A stretch of DNA of 64,000 nt from a virus (lineage: Duplodnaviria; Heunggongvirae; Uroviricota; Caudoviricetes). Below, in pieces: positions 47,621 to 56,076 of the stretch. Below the pieces are notes generated by a model. It was given only the letters and a program-made list of their open reading frames with translations, searched no databases and had not been told where the DNA came from. Position 1 is the first letter of the stretch, and the number at the start of each line of letters is the position of its first letter. The DNA lies in the IMG/VR virus record IMGVR_UViG_3300013307_000018, positions 80,312 through 144,311 of that record. One strand, given 5' to 3'. The translations under genes were made by a program, and so were the position numbers.

Positions 47621-47648
47621 ATAATATACGTTTATAAAGCGTTTATTT
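47621..47648 (-). promoter_or_regulatory. Early-type promoter motif
   Basis: Minus strand AAATAAA-CGCTTT-ATAAAC-G-TATATTAT. Confidence 0.8.
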
Positions 47649-47702
47649 TAAATATCTCGTGTCACGGGGACTTATTATGTAGACCCCTTATTTCACGACG
47701 GA

Positions 47703-48167
47703 GTGTTATTCATGTCCACTGAAAAATCCGACCACGTCATTGAGCGCCCTCCGGTTCCAGAAGGTTACCACATCCAGGTACCCGACCTGGAGGGAGACAA
47801 CGTTCTGGATTTAACGCAACGTGTGCGTATCCAGATGCTCAAACAGTATTTGATGACCGGTCAATTACCCCAGGACGCCAAAGATGCTGCAGTGATTGTC
47901 AAACTGTTAGCCGACATGGACAAGCAAGACCTGGGCAAGAAAAAGCTGGTTATCGACGAGAAGAACGTGGGTGTCAACAGCGAGATTGCCGCAGCCGGTA
48001 TTGCACTGATGCGCAAAATTGGTGGCAGTAAAGCAGACCCCTACGCGGTGTCCAGCAGCCAGCCTCGCACTGCACCGAGCTTTGACCAGGCACTCACCCA
48101 GAACATCGAAGTGTTGCCGGGTGAAACCGATTTGTCACCCCGTGATTTCAGCACAGACCCCATTTAA
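47703..48167 (+). CDS. Conserved hypothetical protein (predicted late)
   Basis: LLADMDKQDLGKKKLVIDE motif; TATG at 47676-47679 upstream; start probably ATG 47712. Confidence 0.75.
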   Translation: MLFMSTEKSDHVIERPPVPEGYHIQVPDLEGDNVLDLTQRVRIQMLKQYLMTGQLPQDAKDAAVIVKLLADMDKQDLGKKKLVIDEKNVGVNSEIAAAGIALMRKIGGSKADPYAVSSSQPRTAPSFDQALTQNIEVLPGETDLSPRDFSTDPI

Positions 48168-48169
48168 CC

Positions 48170-48191
48170 AGAGAGGGAGAAATCCCTCTCT
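48170..48191 (+). terminator. Intrinsic terminator
   Basis: AGAGAGGGA-GAAA-TCCCTCTCT-TTTATT. Confidence 0.85.
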
Positions 48192-48192
48192 T

Positions 48193-48948
48193 TTATTCCG
48201 TCTGTCCCACCGGGAACTTAAAGAGCTCAATGCTGAAGTGACGCACATCCACATAGCGCAGCGACACCACATCCATCAACCACTGGGCGGTCCATTCAAA
48301 CGGGTTGACGTTGTCTTTGAACTCATTGCGGATATCCGCCATTTTCTCCTGGTCCGGTTCCGGGCCGCGCATGATGGCCGGGGTGTAAATCACACACGGG
48401 TGCATCTGGGCTTGCGCTAAGACGTCCTGGTGTGCCATCACCCAATAGTTGAAGTCATACATGATGACGTCAGTAAACCGGGATTTCATGGCATACGGAC
48501 TGATGGTTGCCGGGTCTTCATAAATGGACCGGATAGCAACTTTGGCATCCAGATAAATGGACACCGCGTTTTCCATCACACTCGTGGCATCTTCGGATAA
48601 CACAAACGGATAGGCGTTAATCACCACTTCAATATCTTTAAAGCCGTGGGGCTGGGCAGTAGATACCATATGCTCGCTGATGATTTTCCCCAGCAACCAA
48701 AAGATGGCTGTGGGTTTAGCATGCTGGAGATACGTCGCGTCCCGTGCCCGGTAGAGGTCGCTGTAAACCCGTACATCAAACTTACCCTGGGCGGCAAACC
48801 ACAAGTCATCACGGTTACGGTCAACATAGCGGCTGTCGGTCAACAACGATGCGGCGAACTCATCGTCTATCAGACTGAGTGTCGCCAATCTAAAATCCAG
48901 TATGGACTCTAAGTCGATATAGAGACTCGTCCCGTGTTCACGACTCAT
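48193..48948 (-). CDS. Conserved hypothetical protein (HAD-like start)
   Basis: LYIDLESILDFRLATL N-terminus; no function assignable. Confidence 0.7.
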   Translation of the reverse strand: MSREHGTSLYIDLESILDFRLATLSLIDDEFAASLLTDSRYVDRNRDDLWFAAQGKFDVRVYSDLYRARDATYLQHAKPTAIFWLLGKIISEHMVSTAQPHGFKDIEVVINAYPFVLSEDATSVMENAVSIYLDAKVAIRSIYEDPATISPYAMKSRFTDVIMYDFNYWVMAHQDVLAQAQMHPCVIYTPAIMRGPEPDQEKMADIRNEFKDNVNPFEWTAQWLMDVVSLRYVDVRHFSIELFKFPVGQTE

Positions 48949-49496
48949 TGTACCGCCTCTCCATGTGGGATGTATTTGAGAATCATCTCTAACGTTTTAG
49001 GCATGCTGGTCAACGGTGCATAGCTCAGCAGGATTAACGTCACCGCCCAGATGTTATCCGACAGTAACAACGCCGGCTCCGTGGTGCGCTGGAACGGCTC
49101 GGTAGCGGTGTCGTCCATGACCGAGTGAGTCCGCTTCATCAGTACGGAACCCCCGGCTGCCAGGTTCGTGACGATTTGGTCCCAATCACTGCCGGTGTAA
49201 TAGCCGCGTAAGCGTACCGTTACCGCCAGTACAACTTCACACACCCGGCGGTCACTGCGCAACCGTGACCATAAATCTTTGAGGTTGCTCGGCGTGAGCA
49301 TCAGCTCCAGTGAGATGGTTGTCGGGTAGGTCCAGGTGGCAGTCAGAAACGACCCCTGCGCAGCTTTGTCATTCATAAGGGACATGGCCTTGCGCCCGGT
49401 CTCTTCGACAAACAACTCAACGCAGGCCCGCACTGCTTCGCGCACCAGTTGCGTTTCCATTCGTTCAAAGCCCATTGCGGCTTGTGTTTCACTCAT
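48945..49496 (-). CDS. Hypothetical protein
   Basis: ATGA-type 4-nt overlaps with both neighbours. Confidence 0.75.
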   Translation of the reverse strand: MSETQAAMGFERMETQLVREAVRACVELFVEETGRKAMSLMNDKAAQGSFLTATWTYPTTISLELMLTPSNLKDLWSRLRSDRRVCEVVLAVTVRLRGYYTGSDWDQIVTNLAAGGSVLMKRTHSVMDDTATEPFQRTTEPALLLSDNIWAVTLILLSYAPLTSMPKTLEMILKYIPHGEAVQ

Positions 49497-50161
49497 AGCG
49501 AGTTACCCATGTGCATGCCTTTTAAGAACGTGGCCAGTGACTGCGTGGACTTGACTTTGGTTGGGGTTTGTGCCACTACGTCCAATCGCCCTTCACCGGT
49601 TTGCATGATTAAACGGTTATGTTCACGGTAGGCTTTCTCATCGCCCCCACGCACCTTAAACAACTCTTCCAGTGCCCGGTCCATGCCTTTGGAGTAAAGT
49701 ACCTGAAACTCCGGGAACGAAATCGCTGAGCCTTTAGACGCCCCGGTAGGCTGACCGGTGAGGTCATCGACCACACGGTTATTTTCCGGGATACTGATTT
49801 TCTTCTCCAGGGTCTGTTCCTGACGACGAATCGGCATATGCATCACCAGATACTTTTTTGGGGTCAGCATGCGCTGGCCCGTTTTGGCATCGGTCATCCA
49901 CACCCGCTCAAAGAACTCATGCCCCAGACGTTTGGCGATGTTCACATTGCGCACCACGTCAACGTCGTGTTTCGCTTTGTTGGGAATGAACATGTGCAGG
50001 GTTTGTGCCCCCGACTCAATGTCTTTGACAAACGCTTCAAAGTCCTCGTCGGTCATGCCTTTAAAGCGCTTCTCCCAGATACCCCGGTTCGGCCCGTTGT
50101 TGTCCATCTCCCCAATGACGTCGAGCACAAGTGCTTCAGCCGCCTGACGATTACCTGCCAT
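49493..50161 (-). CDS. rpoB: Virion RNA polymerase beta C-terminal subunit (phiKZ gp149 type)
   Basis: IRRQEQTLEKK..DDLTGQPTG..KGSAISFPEFQVL..LEELFKVRGGD aligns with the beta C-terminus (GGQRFGEME..LQEMLTVKSDD). Confidence 0.88.
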   Translation of the reverse strand: MAGNRQAAEALVLDVIGEMDNNGPNRGIWEKRFKGMTDEDFEAFVKDIESGAQTLHMFIPNKAKHDVDVVRNVNIAKRLGHEFFERVWMTDAKTGQRMLTPKKYLVMHMPIRRQEQTLEKKISIPENNRVVDDLTGQPTGASKGSAISFPEFQVLYSKGMDRALEELFKVRGGDEKAYREHNRLIMQTGEGRLDVVAQTPTKVKSTQSLATFLKGMHMGNSL

Positions 50162-50165
50162 TGTG

Positions 50166-50603
50166 TTACCTCCTCGGTAGCTTGGTCACCCGATAGTTGA
50201 CACCCAGCTTTTTGGCTTCCCGTATCGCACCCCCGGTACCCGGTGACACACCGTCCCAAAAGGCGGCGTAGTGCGTACAGACCTTCAGCATAGTGACGTT
50301 ACGTATCATTCCTGCCGGGTTCTTTTTGCCTTCCCGATGGAATTTGTCCCATTCCGGGAGATAGCGCTTGTAGGCGTAGCCGTGCTTTTTCGCAAAGGCG
50401 TTCGCCATGGCATCGATGCCTTTGGCCCAGCCGTCGATAATCAGCACGTCCTCCACTGGCCAGTTTTTTAATAACTGACGCATGTGGAACTCAAACCACT
50501 CTTCCGGGGGATTCGCATTACGCGGACCCCCGACCATCACCCGAACCGGGTAGAGCAGTGGGTCATCGACCCCGGCATCATCGTCATCAATGGTGGTTGG
50601 CAT
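50166..50603 (-). CDS. SLOG-superfamily protein (DUF2493/YspA-like)
   Basis: VMVGGPR..IIDGWAKGIDAMA..PEW..AGMIRN..M..AAFWDGVSPGT; likely start ATG 50603. Confidence 0.85.
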   Translation of the reverse strand: MPTTIDDDDAGVDDPLLYPVRVMVGGPRNANPPEEWFEFHMRQLLKNWPVEDVLIIDGWAKGIDAMANAFAKKHGYAYKRYLPEWDKFHREGKKNPAGMIRNVTMLKVCTHYAAFWDGVSPGTGGAIREAKKLGVNYRVTKLPRR

Positions 50604-50928
50604 AGTTGAGGAGTTTCCGATTGTTACGCAAAATAGGCAGAGCCTGCTCGGTAAACGTGGCGAGCCATTGCTCTTCGGACATGGTGGGGTGTAACAACCC
50701 AACCCCTTCTGGTACCCCAGCACGTTGGAACACGCCGTCCCAATACTGCGTCAGGTGCGGGATGGTTTCCAGCTGGTTAGACCGGCCGGTTTTGCTGTAG
50801 TCTTCTACCCACTGATACATGAACTGCGGGGAGAAACTAAACAGAATTTCCGTCAACAAATCTGACGGGGAGGCTTTGGGTATGGCTTTACTTTTGGTCG
50901 TAAAGTCCATCTGCGATTCCAAATCCAT
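50587..50928 (-). CDS. Hypothetical protein
   Basis: AGGAG RBS; overlaps both neighbours. Confidence 0.7.
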   Translation of the reverse strand: MDLESQMDFTTKSKAIPKASPSDLLTEILFSFSPQFMYQWVEDYSKTGRSNQLETIPHLTQYWDGVFQRAGVPEGVGLLHPTMSEEQWLATFTEQALPILRNNRKLLNYANHH

Positions 50929-51304
50929 ACAGGTATACTCCTAAGAAAGCTAAATCGTTGCAACGGTTACGGACCGCCATCGTAAAGGTCCAGGCACTGA
51001 TGGCATCTGTGGCCCGGGAACTGGCCCGTAACTGCTGGTATTGGGTGTTCATGCGTGCGATGCGCTGCTGCAGACTGGCGAGGGTAACGTCACCTATCCA
51101 CGCTTTGAGCGTCATCTGAGTGGTGTCCCGTACAGGTTGGGTAGGGGTGGTTGCCCCCCATTGTGCTTCCAGGTCAGATAACGCCCCATCCAGTGATGGG
51201 GTTGAGAAATAGTGCTGATACTGCAAGTCCATTGCGTTCCACTGTTTGTCGGTTGTACGGGTAATGTACTCCAACAGATTGTCATCAAAAAGTTGGTCAG
51301 ACAA
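50888..51304 (-). CDS. Hypothetical protein
   Basis: TTG start at 51304 with GGAGG RBS, overlapping the recA stop (MSDQLFDDNLL...); the track's extension lies inside recA. Confidence 0.6.
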   Translation of the reverse strand: MSDQLFDDNLLEYITRTTDKQWNAMDLQYQHYFSTPSLDGALSDLEAQWGATTPTQPVRDTTQMTLKAWIGDVTLASLQQRIARMNTQYQQLRASSRATDAISAWTFTMAVRNRCNDLAFLGVYLYGFGIADGLYDQK

Positions 51305-52742
51305 GGGAGGCCTCCGGGGTTTTGACTTCAGGGATGGTGCCGTCAGCAACCGGACCGTACCACCATGGGTGATATTCGCCCGCACGCATGCGCAGCAAGT
51401 CCATGGTCGACAGGAACTCACGATCGCTTTTCTGCTCTTCAAACGTCCAGTAGTAACGCGTTTCCAGCAACCGGTCCCAGTCATAGCCTTTGGCTTTGAG
51501 CTGCTCGTAGAGCTCTTTCGGGCTGCAGCGGTAGTTGGCATTGAGTTTGTCATGGAAGTTGAAAATCTGAATCATCTCACCGGTGATTTCAAACGCACGA
51601 CGCAGCTTATAGCTGTTGTCGATTTTGTTACGCACGGTGGTACGGGACAGATTGACGTCAGGCAGTAAATCGAGTTGGAAGGTCAATGCGTTACCGGCTA
51701 AGCCGAAACGACCTGACTCTTTCATCAGCTCCAACGCAGTCAGCTCAGGCAGAACACCTTCACGCTGAGAAATCACCACGGTAAAGGGAATACCGGACAC
51801 CATGCCTTTATTACGGATGGTGGTCACGTGGATTTTCTGCAGGTCAGTGTCGCCTTTGAATTTGTCGTCAGAGTCCGTTGGGTATTCAGGACCCCCTTCT
51901 TTGTGCTTCATGATTTCCACAGAGAAAATCAGATACACGGTGTTCATGAGAAACGTAAATTTCTCAGGAACATCTTTGAATTTGGTGCCGTTCTTTAAGA
52001 AGGTCAGGTTTTTGGCTGACGGGGCGTACGCATCGATTTTAATTTCTTTACCGACGTGCGCTGAGAATGCCATGGGGATATTGCCCTGGGTGGTCAGGGT
52101 TGGAATTTCCATCAGCATCTGTGACTTGGCGCCCGCTGAACGCATGGCCACGACGTTACGGCCTGAATCACCGACGTTAGCTTTGTCGTTGATTTCCTGA
52201 ACAGAGTTGGTAACAAACATCGATAACGAATCGAGCTCGTGCGGTGTCGGCACCATCATCTCTATTGGTGAGCCATCTTTATTACGGTATGGCGTGGTCA
52301 GCATCAACCCTTTCTTGCCTTTGATTTTATCGGCAACCAGCTTTTTGAGTTGTTCGAACCAATCATCCCCGTACATCTCGGTACAGTCCGTCAGGAACAG
52401 ACGGCCTTCTTCAATCAGGTCCAACCCCCCGATGTTCTCAAAGCGGGCAGCCAGGCCATGCCAACGTGACGGAGACGCTGAGGCTTCGGTGTCGTAAGAC
52501 GAACCTTGTGCTTGCAGGTAGTTGTTCAACAGTGCCAGGGTAAAGTGGTGCATCACGGTAGACTTGTTCACGTTACCAGGACCGGCTACCCCAATCGTTG
52601 GCCAGAAGCCCCCGAGGGAAATCATTTCACCGTGGATACCTTCCACGTAAGTGCCAGACATGCAGTCAAACGGGAAGCCCACGTTATAGATGGGACGGAC
52701 GTCAGAACTGGCTTTGTAGTATTGCTTCATGTTCACGAGCAT
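51297..52742 (-). CDS. recA: RecA/UvsX-like recombinase
   Basis: Walker A variant GPGNVNKST, YDTE, ELDSLS, AHVGKEI, VTTIRNKGMVSG; phiKZ gp152-type length (481 aa). Confidence 0.88.
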   Translation of the reverse strand: MLVNMKQYYKASSDVRPIYNVGFPFDCMSGTYVEGIHGEMISLGGFWPTIGVAGPGNVNKSTVMHHFTLALLNNYLQAQGSSYDTEASASPSRWHGLAARFENIGGLDLIEEGRLFLTDCTEMYGDDWFEQLKKLVADKIKGKKGLMLTTPYRNKDGSPIEMMVPTPHELDSLSMFVTNSVQEINDKANVGDSGRNVVAMRSAGAKSQMLMEIPTLTTQGNIPMAFSAHVGKEIKIDAYAPSAKNLTFLKNGTKFKDVPEKFTFLMNTVYLIFSVEIMKHKEGGPEYPTDSDDKFKGDTDLQKIHVTTIRNKGMVSGIPFTVVISQREGVLPELTALELMKESGRFGLAGNALTFQLDLLPDVNLSRTTVRNKIDNSYKLRRAFEITGEMIQIFNFHDKLNANYRCSPKELYEQLKAKGYDWDRLLETRYYWTFEEQKSDREFLSTMDLLRMRAGEYHPWWYGPVADGTIPEVKTPEASLV

Positions 52743-52895
52743 TGGGTTATCCTTTGTATAGAACGCGGTGCTTCATCAATAAATTCCACCCATCTGTTAA
52801 AAATAACCGAGTGGTTGTATAGCTCATCTTATAGGTACTGTGCGCACACTACCTCTCCATTTTTTTCTTAAAATTTTGCACTCGAGGAATTCCCG

Positions 52896-54635
52896 ATGTC
52901 ACGAATGAACACCCGACTGAGTAATCATGTCGACCCCAAGGAAACCGAAGTCGTGGTGATGCCGGCGGAACATGTCGATATCACCGACATTGAGCACGGT
53001 ACCGATGGGGCGATGGTAAACCTCGTTAACGAAATCAACGACCAACGCACGGTGTACGCACAAACACGCGATGACCAGGCGTCACTGGGTGAGATTGCCA
53101 CCTCCCTGGAAGAATTTACCATGCTGGCGATGGAAGGCATCGGGGCGGAAACCGGCCTGGAAGCCCAATCTCTGTTGACCATGCAGTACGGCGTTAACCA
53201 CCACCTGAAACGCATTGGTCAGTCCATGACGTTCCCGTCACTGGAGTCCAACGACGTCGGTAACCTGGAAAAGACCATCCTCACGGTAGAAGGTCTGGGT
53301 GACGCCATTGGTAAAGTGTGGGACGGTCTGGTGAATGTGGCGAAACGTGCCCTGGAATCGGTGGGAACGTTCTTCAAACACATGCTGGACTTCTACGCGG
53401 CCATGCGTGACAAGTTCACCAAACTGAAATCTCAGCTGCTGGCGCTGGAAGACAAAGCCACCGGTGAAATCAGTACGTCTGCAGCCAAACGGCTGTGGTA
53501 CGGTGAAAGTAGCTACCGTCAGCTGCTGCCCATGTTGCAGGCGTTGACCAAAACCACGAATGCCTACGTCAATGACTTTAAAACCAACGGCCTGAACCGC
53601 TCTGCCGCAATTGTCAAAGAACTCACGGGTGTGGATAAAGACGGGTTCCCAACGGTCAATCCACAGAAGGTCAAAAGCTACATCGTGGATGAGCAAAAGC
53701 GCCGTGATGCCCTGTTAAGCTTAGGCTATGGCAGTGCGCCACGTCAGGGACATCTGGACCACCGGGTAATGAACCTGAAAGTGGATTACTCCAAAGGCTT
53801 ACCGGGTGGTTACCGTCTGGTGTCACACAGCCCAGTGTTCAACGATCGTGAATCAGCGGTGGGTGATGCGGTTGCGGTGATGGAAGACTGCACCTTTGAA
53901 CTCGAAGCCAACAAGGTCTCAGGGGCACCGTCCACCATGCCAGTACTGTCGATTAAAGACAGCATTGCCATGTGTGACATGATGCTGGATATGTGCAAAA
54001 ACCTGGATGACGCCATCAGCCAAACCATCGATAACGGTCAGGCTTTCTGGGAACTGGAAGATGACGGCGCGCTGAAGAAACTCGAAGCGAGCTTTAACAA
54101 ACTCATCGCGCTTGATAAAAACCAGCTCAAAGCCATCAACAAAGAAATCAGTGCCGGCGATGCCGTCGCACGCGGTATGGCAGCGGGCTGGAACATTGTG
54201 GCGCGAGGTTCCATCCTGTACGGTATCGTCTCCGGGGTGGTTGCCGCAGGTGCCACCGGTAGCGCCGCTATGGGGTGCATGGTGTTCCTCAGTGCAACGG
54301 GTGTGTGTACCATGGCCTTTGTTATTCCAGGGCTTGTGATTGGTGGTGCGTTGGGTCTGCTGTTCAAGAACTTCATGACCAAGTCCAACGGTGAAATGGC
54401 AGAGCATATCCGTTCTGATGATCCGAACGCCCCGATTCTGCACATCCTGCGTGCGGTGCTGTCTGCGCGTAGCTGGATTGGCATGTACACCGTCGATACT
54501 GTGTACGCGGTATGTGACTACTACACCAAAATCGGCCCGGCATTACTGGACTACATCGGCGATTCCGCCAAGGCCCATCTGAAAGCCCAGAAAGCAGACG
54601 TAAGCGACGCCGCTGCTGAACCGGCCCTGGCCTAA
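52896..54635 (+). CDS. Internal head (ejection) protein with propeptide and long hydrophobic hairpin
   Basis: Acidic N-terminal propeptide with SLE/AME/GLE/SLES/VEG cleavage-type sites; Gly-rich hydrophobic segment encoded at about 54160-54375. Confidence 0.75.
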   Translation: MSRMNTRLSNHVDPKETEVVVMPAEHVDITDIEHGTDGAMVNLVNEINDQRTVYAQTRDDQASLGEIATSLEEFTMLAMEGIGAETGLEAQSLLTMQYGVNHHLKRIGQSMTFPSLESNDVGNLEKTILTVEGLGDAIGKVWDGLVNVAKRALESVGTFFKHMLDFYAAMRDKFTKLKSQLLALEDKATGEISTSAAKRLWYGESSYRQLLPMLQALTKTTNAYVNDFKTNGLNRSAAIVKELTGVDKDGFPTVNPQKVKSYIVDEQKRRDALLSLGYGSAPRQGHLDHRVMNLKVDYSKGLPGGYRLVSHSPVFNDRESAVGDAVAVMEDCTFELEANKVSGAPSTMPVLSIKDSIAMCDMMLDMCKNLDDAISQTIDNGQAFWELEDDGALKKLEASFNKLIALDKNQLKAINKEISAGDAVARGMAAGWNIVARGSILYGIVSGVVAAGATGSAAMGCMVFLSATGVCTMAFVIPGLVIGGALGLLFKNFMTKSNGEMAEHIRSDDPNAPILHILRAVLSARSWIGMYTVDTVYAVCDYYTKIGPALLDYIGDSAKAHLKAQKADVSDAAAEPALA

Positions 54636-54644
54636 TAACCCAGC

Positions 54645-54660
54645 AGGGGCTTCGGCCCCT
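54645..54660 (+). terminator. UUCG hairpin between head genes
   Basis: AGGGGC-TTCG-GCCCCT, weak U-tract. Confidence 0.55.
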
Positions 54661-54685
54661 CTGTGTGTTTGTCTGAGGACATTTC

Positions 54686-55579
54686 ATGACTATCCATGTA
54701 CCAAACCCAACACCGCAACACATGCTGCTTGAAGCGCGTGTTATCAGCATCAATGCCCGTACCCAGTTCCAGGCCCGTAAGGTTACCACGGAAGACAACG
54801 GGGTCACCACCGAAGCGTTGCAGGTAAATTTCATTCACCGCAACACCATTGAGAAACTCAAAGAACTCTGGGGCACGACGTCTGGGTTCATTCAGCGTCT
54901 CTTTACTAACGTCCCTAACATCCTGGCGCCGTCACTGGCTCTCTCCCGCACGATTCGTTTAGCGCAAACGAATGTATACCTGAACGACAAAGACCTCAAG
55001 GTGACCGTACCAGAGGGCTTAACGGGCACGTATATGGAATACCTGGACGTGCTGGAAGCCATGGTCGAGGCTTCGATTGATTTCTACGACCATACCCTGC
55101 TGCCGTTTAAAGGCTGGGTGGGTGAGTGCCTGAACGACCCGACTAAAATTGAATCGGTTCGTGGTCACAACGGCATTAAAGTCTTTGACCCTGAAGCATT
55201 GATTAAACAGCGCAGCAAGTTGTTCAAAGGCAAAGCGACCCAGGCCAAATACGGACAAGCGTTTAAACGCAACAGTGACTGGAAAGACATTGAGACCCGT
55301 GCCAACGCCCTGCTGTCTCAGATGTCTGGGGCACACTCGCCAACCGTGGTCAACGACGGGGTGCTGCGTCTGGACTCGTCTATCGGTCTGCTTATCGATG
55401 CAATGGTCGACCCACAGAAAACCTACAACGCCTCACCGAAGAACGTGGAAGCGCTGGCATTGCTGTGCTACAACCTGGCCAAGATGATTGAGTTCTATGG
55501 CCTGACGTGTTACTCGCTGCAGTCCACCATGATTGCGGTGAAAGCAGCATCTGAAGACTACGTGAAAGAACGCGGTTAA
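54686..55579 (+). CDS. Virion head protein (phiKZ gp153-like by synteny)
   Basis: GAGGA RBS; TTE/A cleavage-type site; lies between recA and RNase H. Confidence 0.65.
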   Translation: MTIHVPNPTPQHMLLEARVISINARTQFQARKVTTEDNGVTTEALQVNFIHRNTIEKLKELWGTTSGFIQRLFTNVPNILAPSLALSRTIRLAQTNVYLNDKDLKVTVPEGLTGTYMEYLDVLEAMVEASIDFYDHTLLPFKGWVGECLNDPTKIESVRGHNGIKVFDPEALIKQRSKLFKGKATQAKYGQAFKRNSDWKDIETRANALLSQMSGAHSPTVVNDGVLRLDSSIGLLIDAMVDPQKTYNASPKNVEALALLCYNLAKMIEFYGLTCYSLQSTMIAVKAASEDYVKERG

Positions 55580-55583
55580 CGGC

Positions 55584-55625
55584 ATACACCCCCACTCCGG
55601 GCACGCGCTCAGAGTGGGGGTGTAT
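55584..55625. terminator. Long hairpin at a convergent junction
   Basis: 14-bp perfect stem ATACACCCCCACTC/GAGTGGGGGTGTAT. Confidence 0.75.
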
Positions 55626-55629
55626 TACG

Positions 55630-56064
55630 TCAGACTGCTTGAACAATCTTAACGGCTTCTTTAGCAGAAGGTACCATCGCAACACTGACGCGACGGGCTT
55701 CTACGAACTGCAGTAACGACTTGATGTCGCTGGCGATATCCAGTTGCTTACCGTACGTCAACCAGGACGGGAACCGTGACAGAACCATGGTTTCCCTGTC
55801 CGCCAGGTCACGGACCTGACGCAGTTGTGTCCCGTGTCCCCAGATTTCATTGGGTAAACGGGCCGGTAATTTCAACCCCGAAACATCCGTTCCCAATCGC
55901 AGGCTGTTATTCAACGCCATTAATTGTGGAACAGTGGGTTCTTCGTCACGAAGTAATGCATACAAAGATACCAGAGCGACAACACGCCGTGTCCGAGCAG
56001 GCAATACCGCACCGAGTAACCGATGGATAAACTTCACCTGCGTAGACGGGCTGGTTGAACTCAT
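55630..56064 (-). CDS. Conserved hypothetical protein
   Basis: GGAG RBS; SRFPSWLTYG..DI motif. Confidence 0.75.
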   Translation of the reverse strand: MSSTSPSTQVKFIHRLLGAVLPARTRRVVALVSLYALLRDEEPTVPQLMALNNSLRLGTDVSGLKLPARLPNEIWGHGTQLRQVRDLADRETMVLSRFPSWLTYGKQLDIASDIKSLLQFVEARRVSVAMVPSAKEAVKIVQAV

Positions 56065-56076
56065 GGGCTGCTCTCC

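Noticed and set aside
47703-48167. Small terminase assignment
   Set aside because: Helical, late-type gene, but no diagnostic motif and far from terL; left as hypothetical
50888-51553. 221-aa version of the ORF downstream of recA
   Set aside because: The N-terminal 83 codons lie inside recA; TTG 51304 with a GGAGG RBS is the more plausible start
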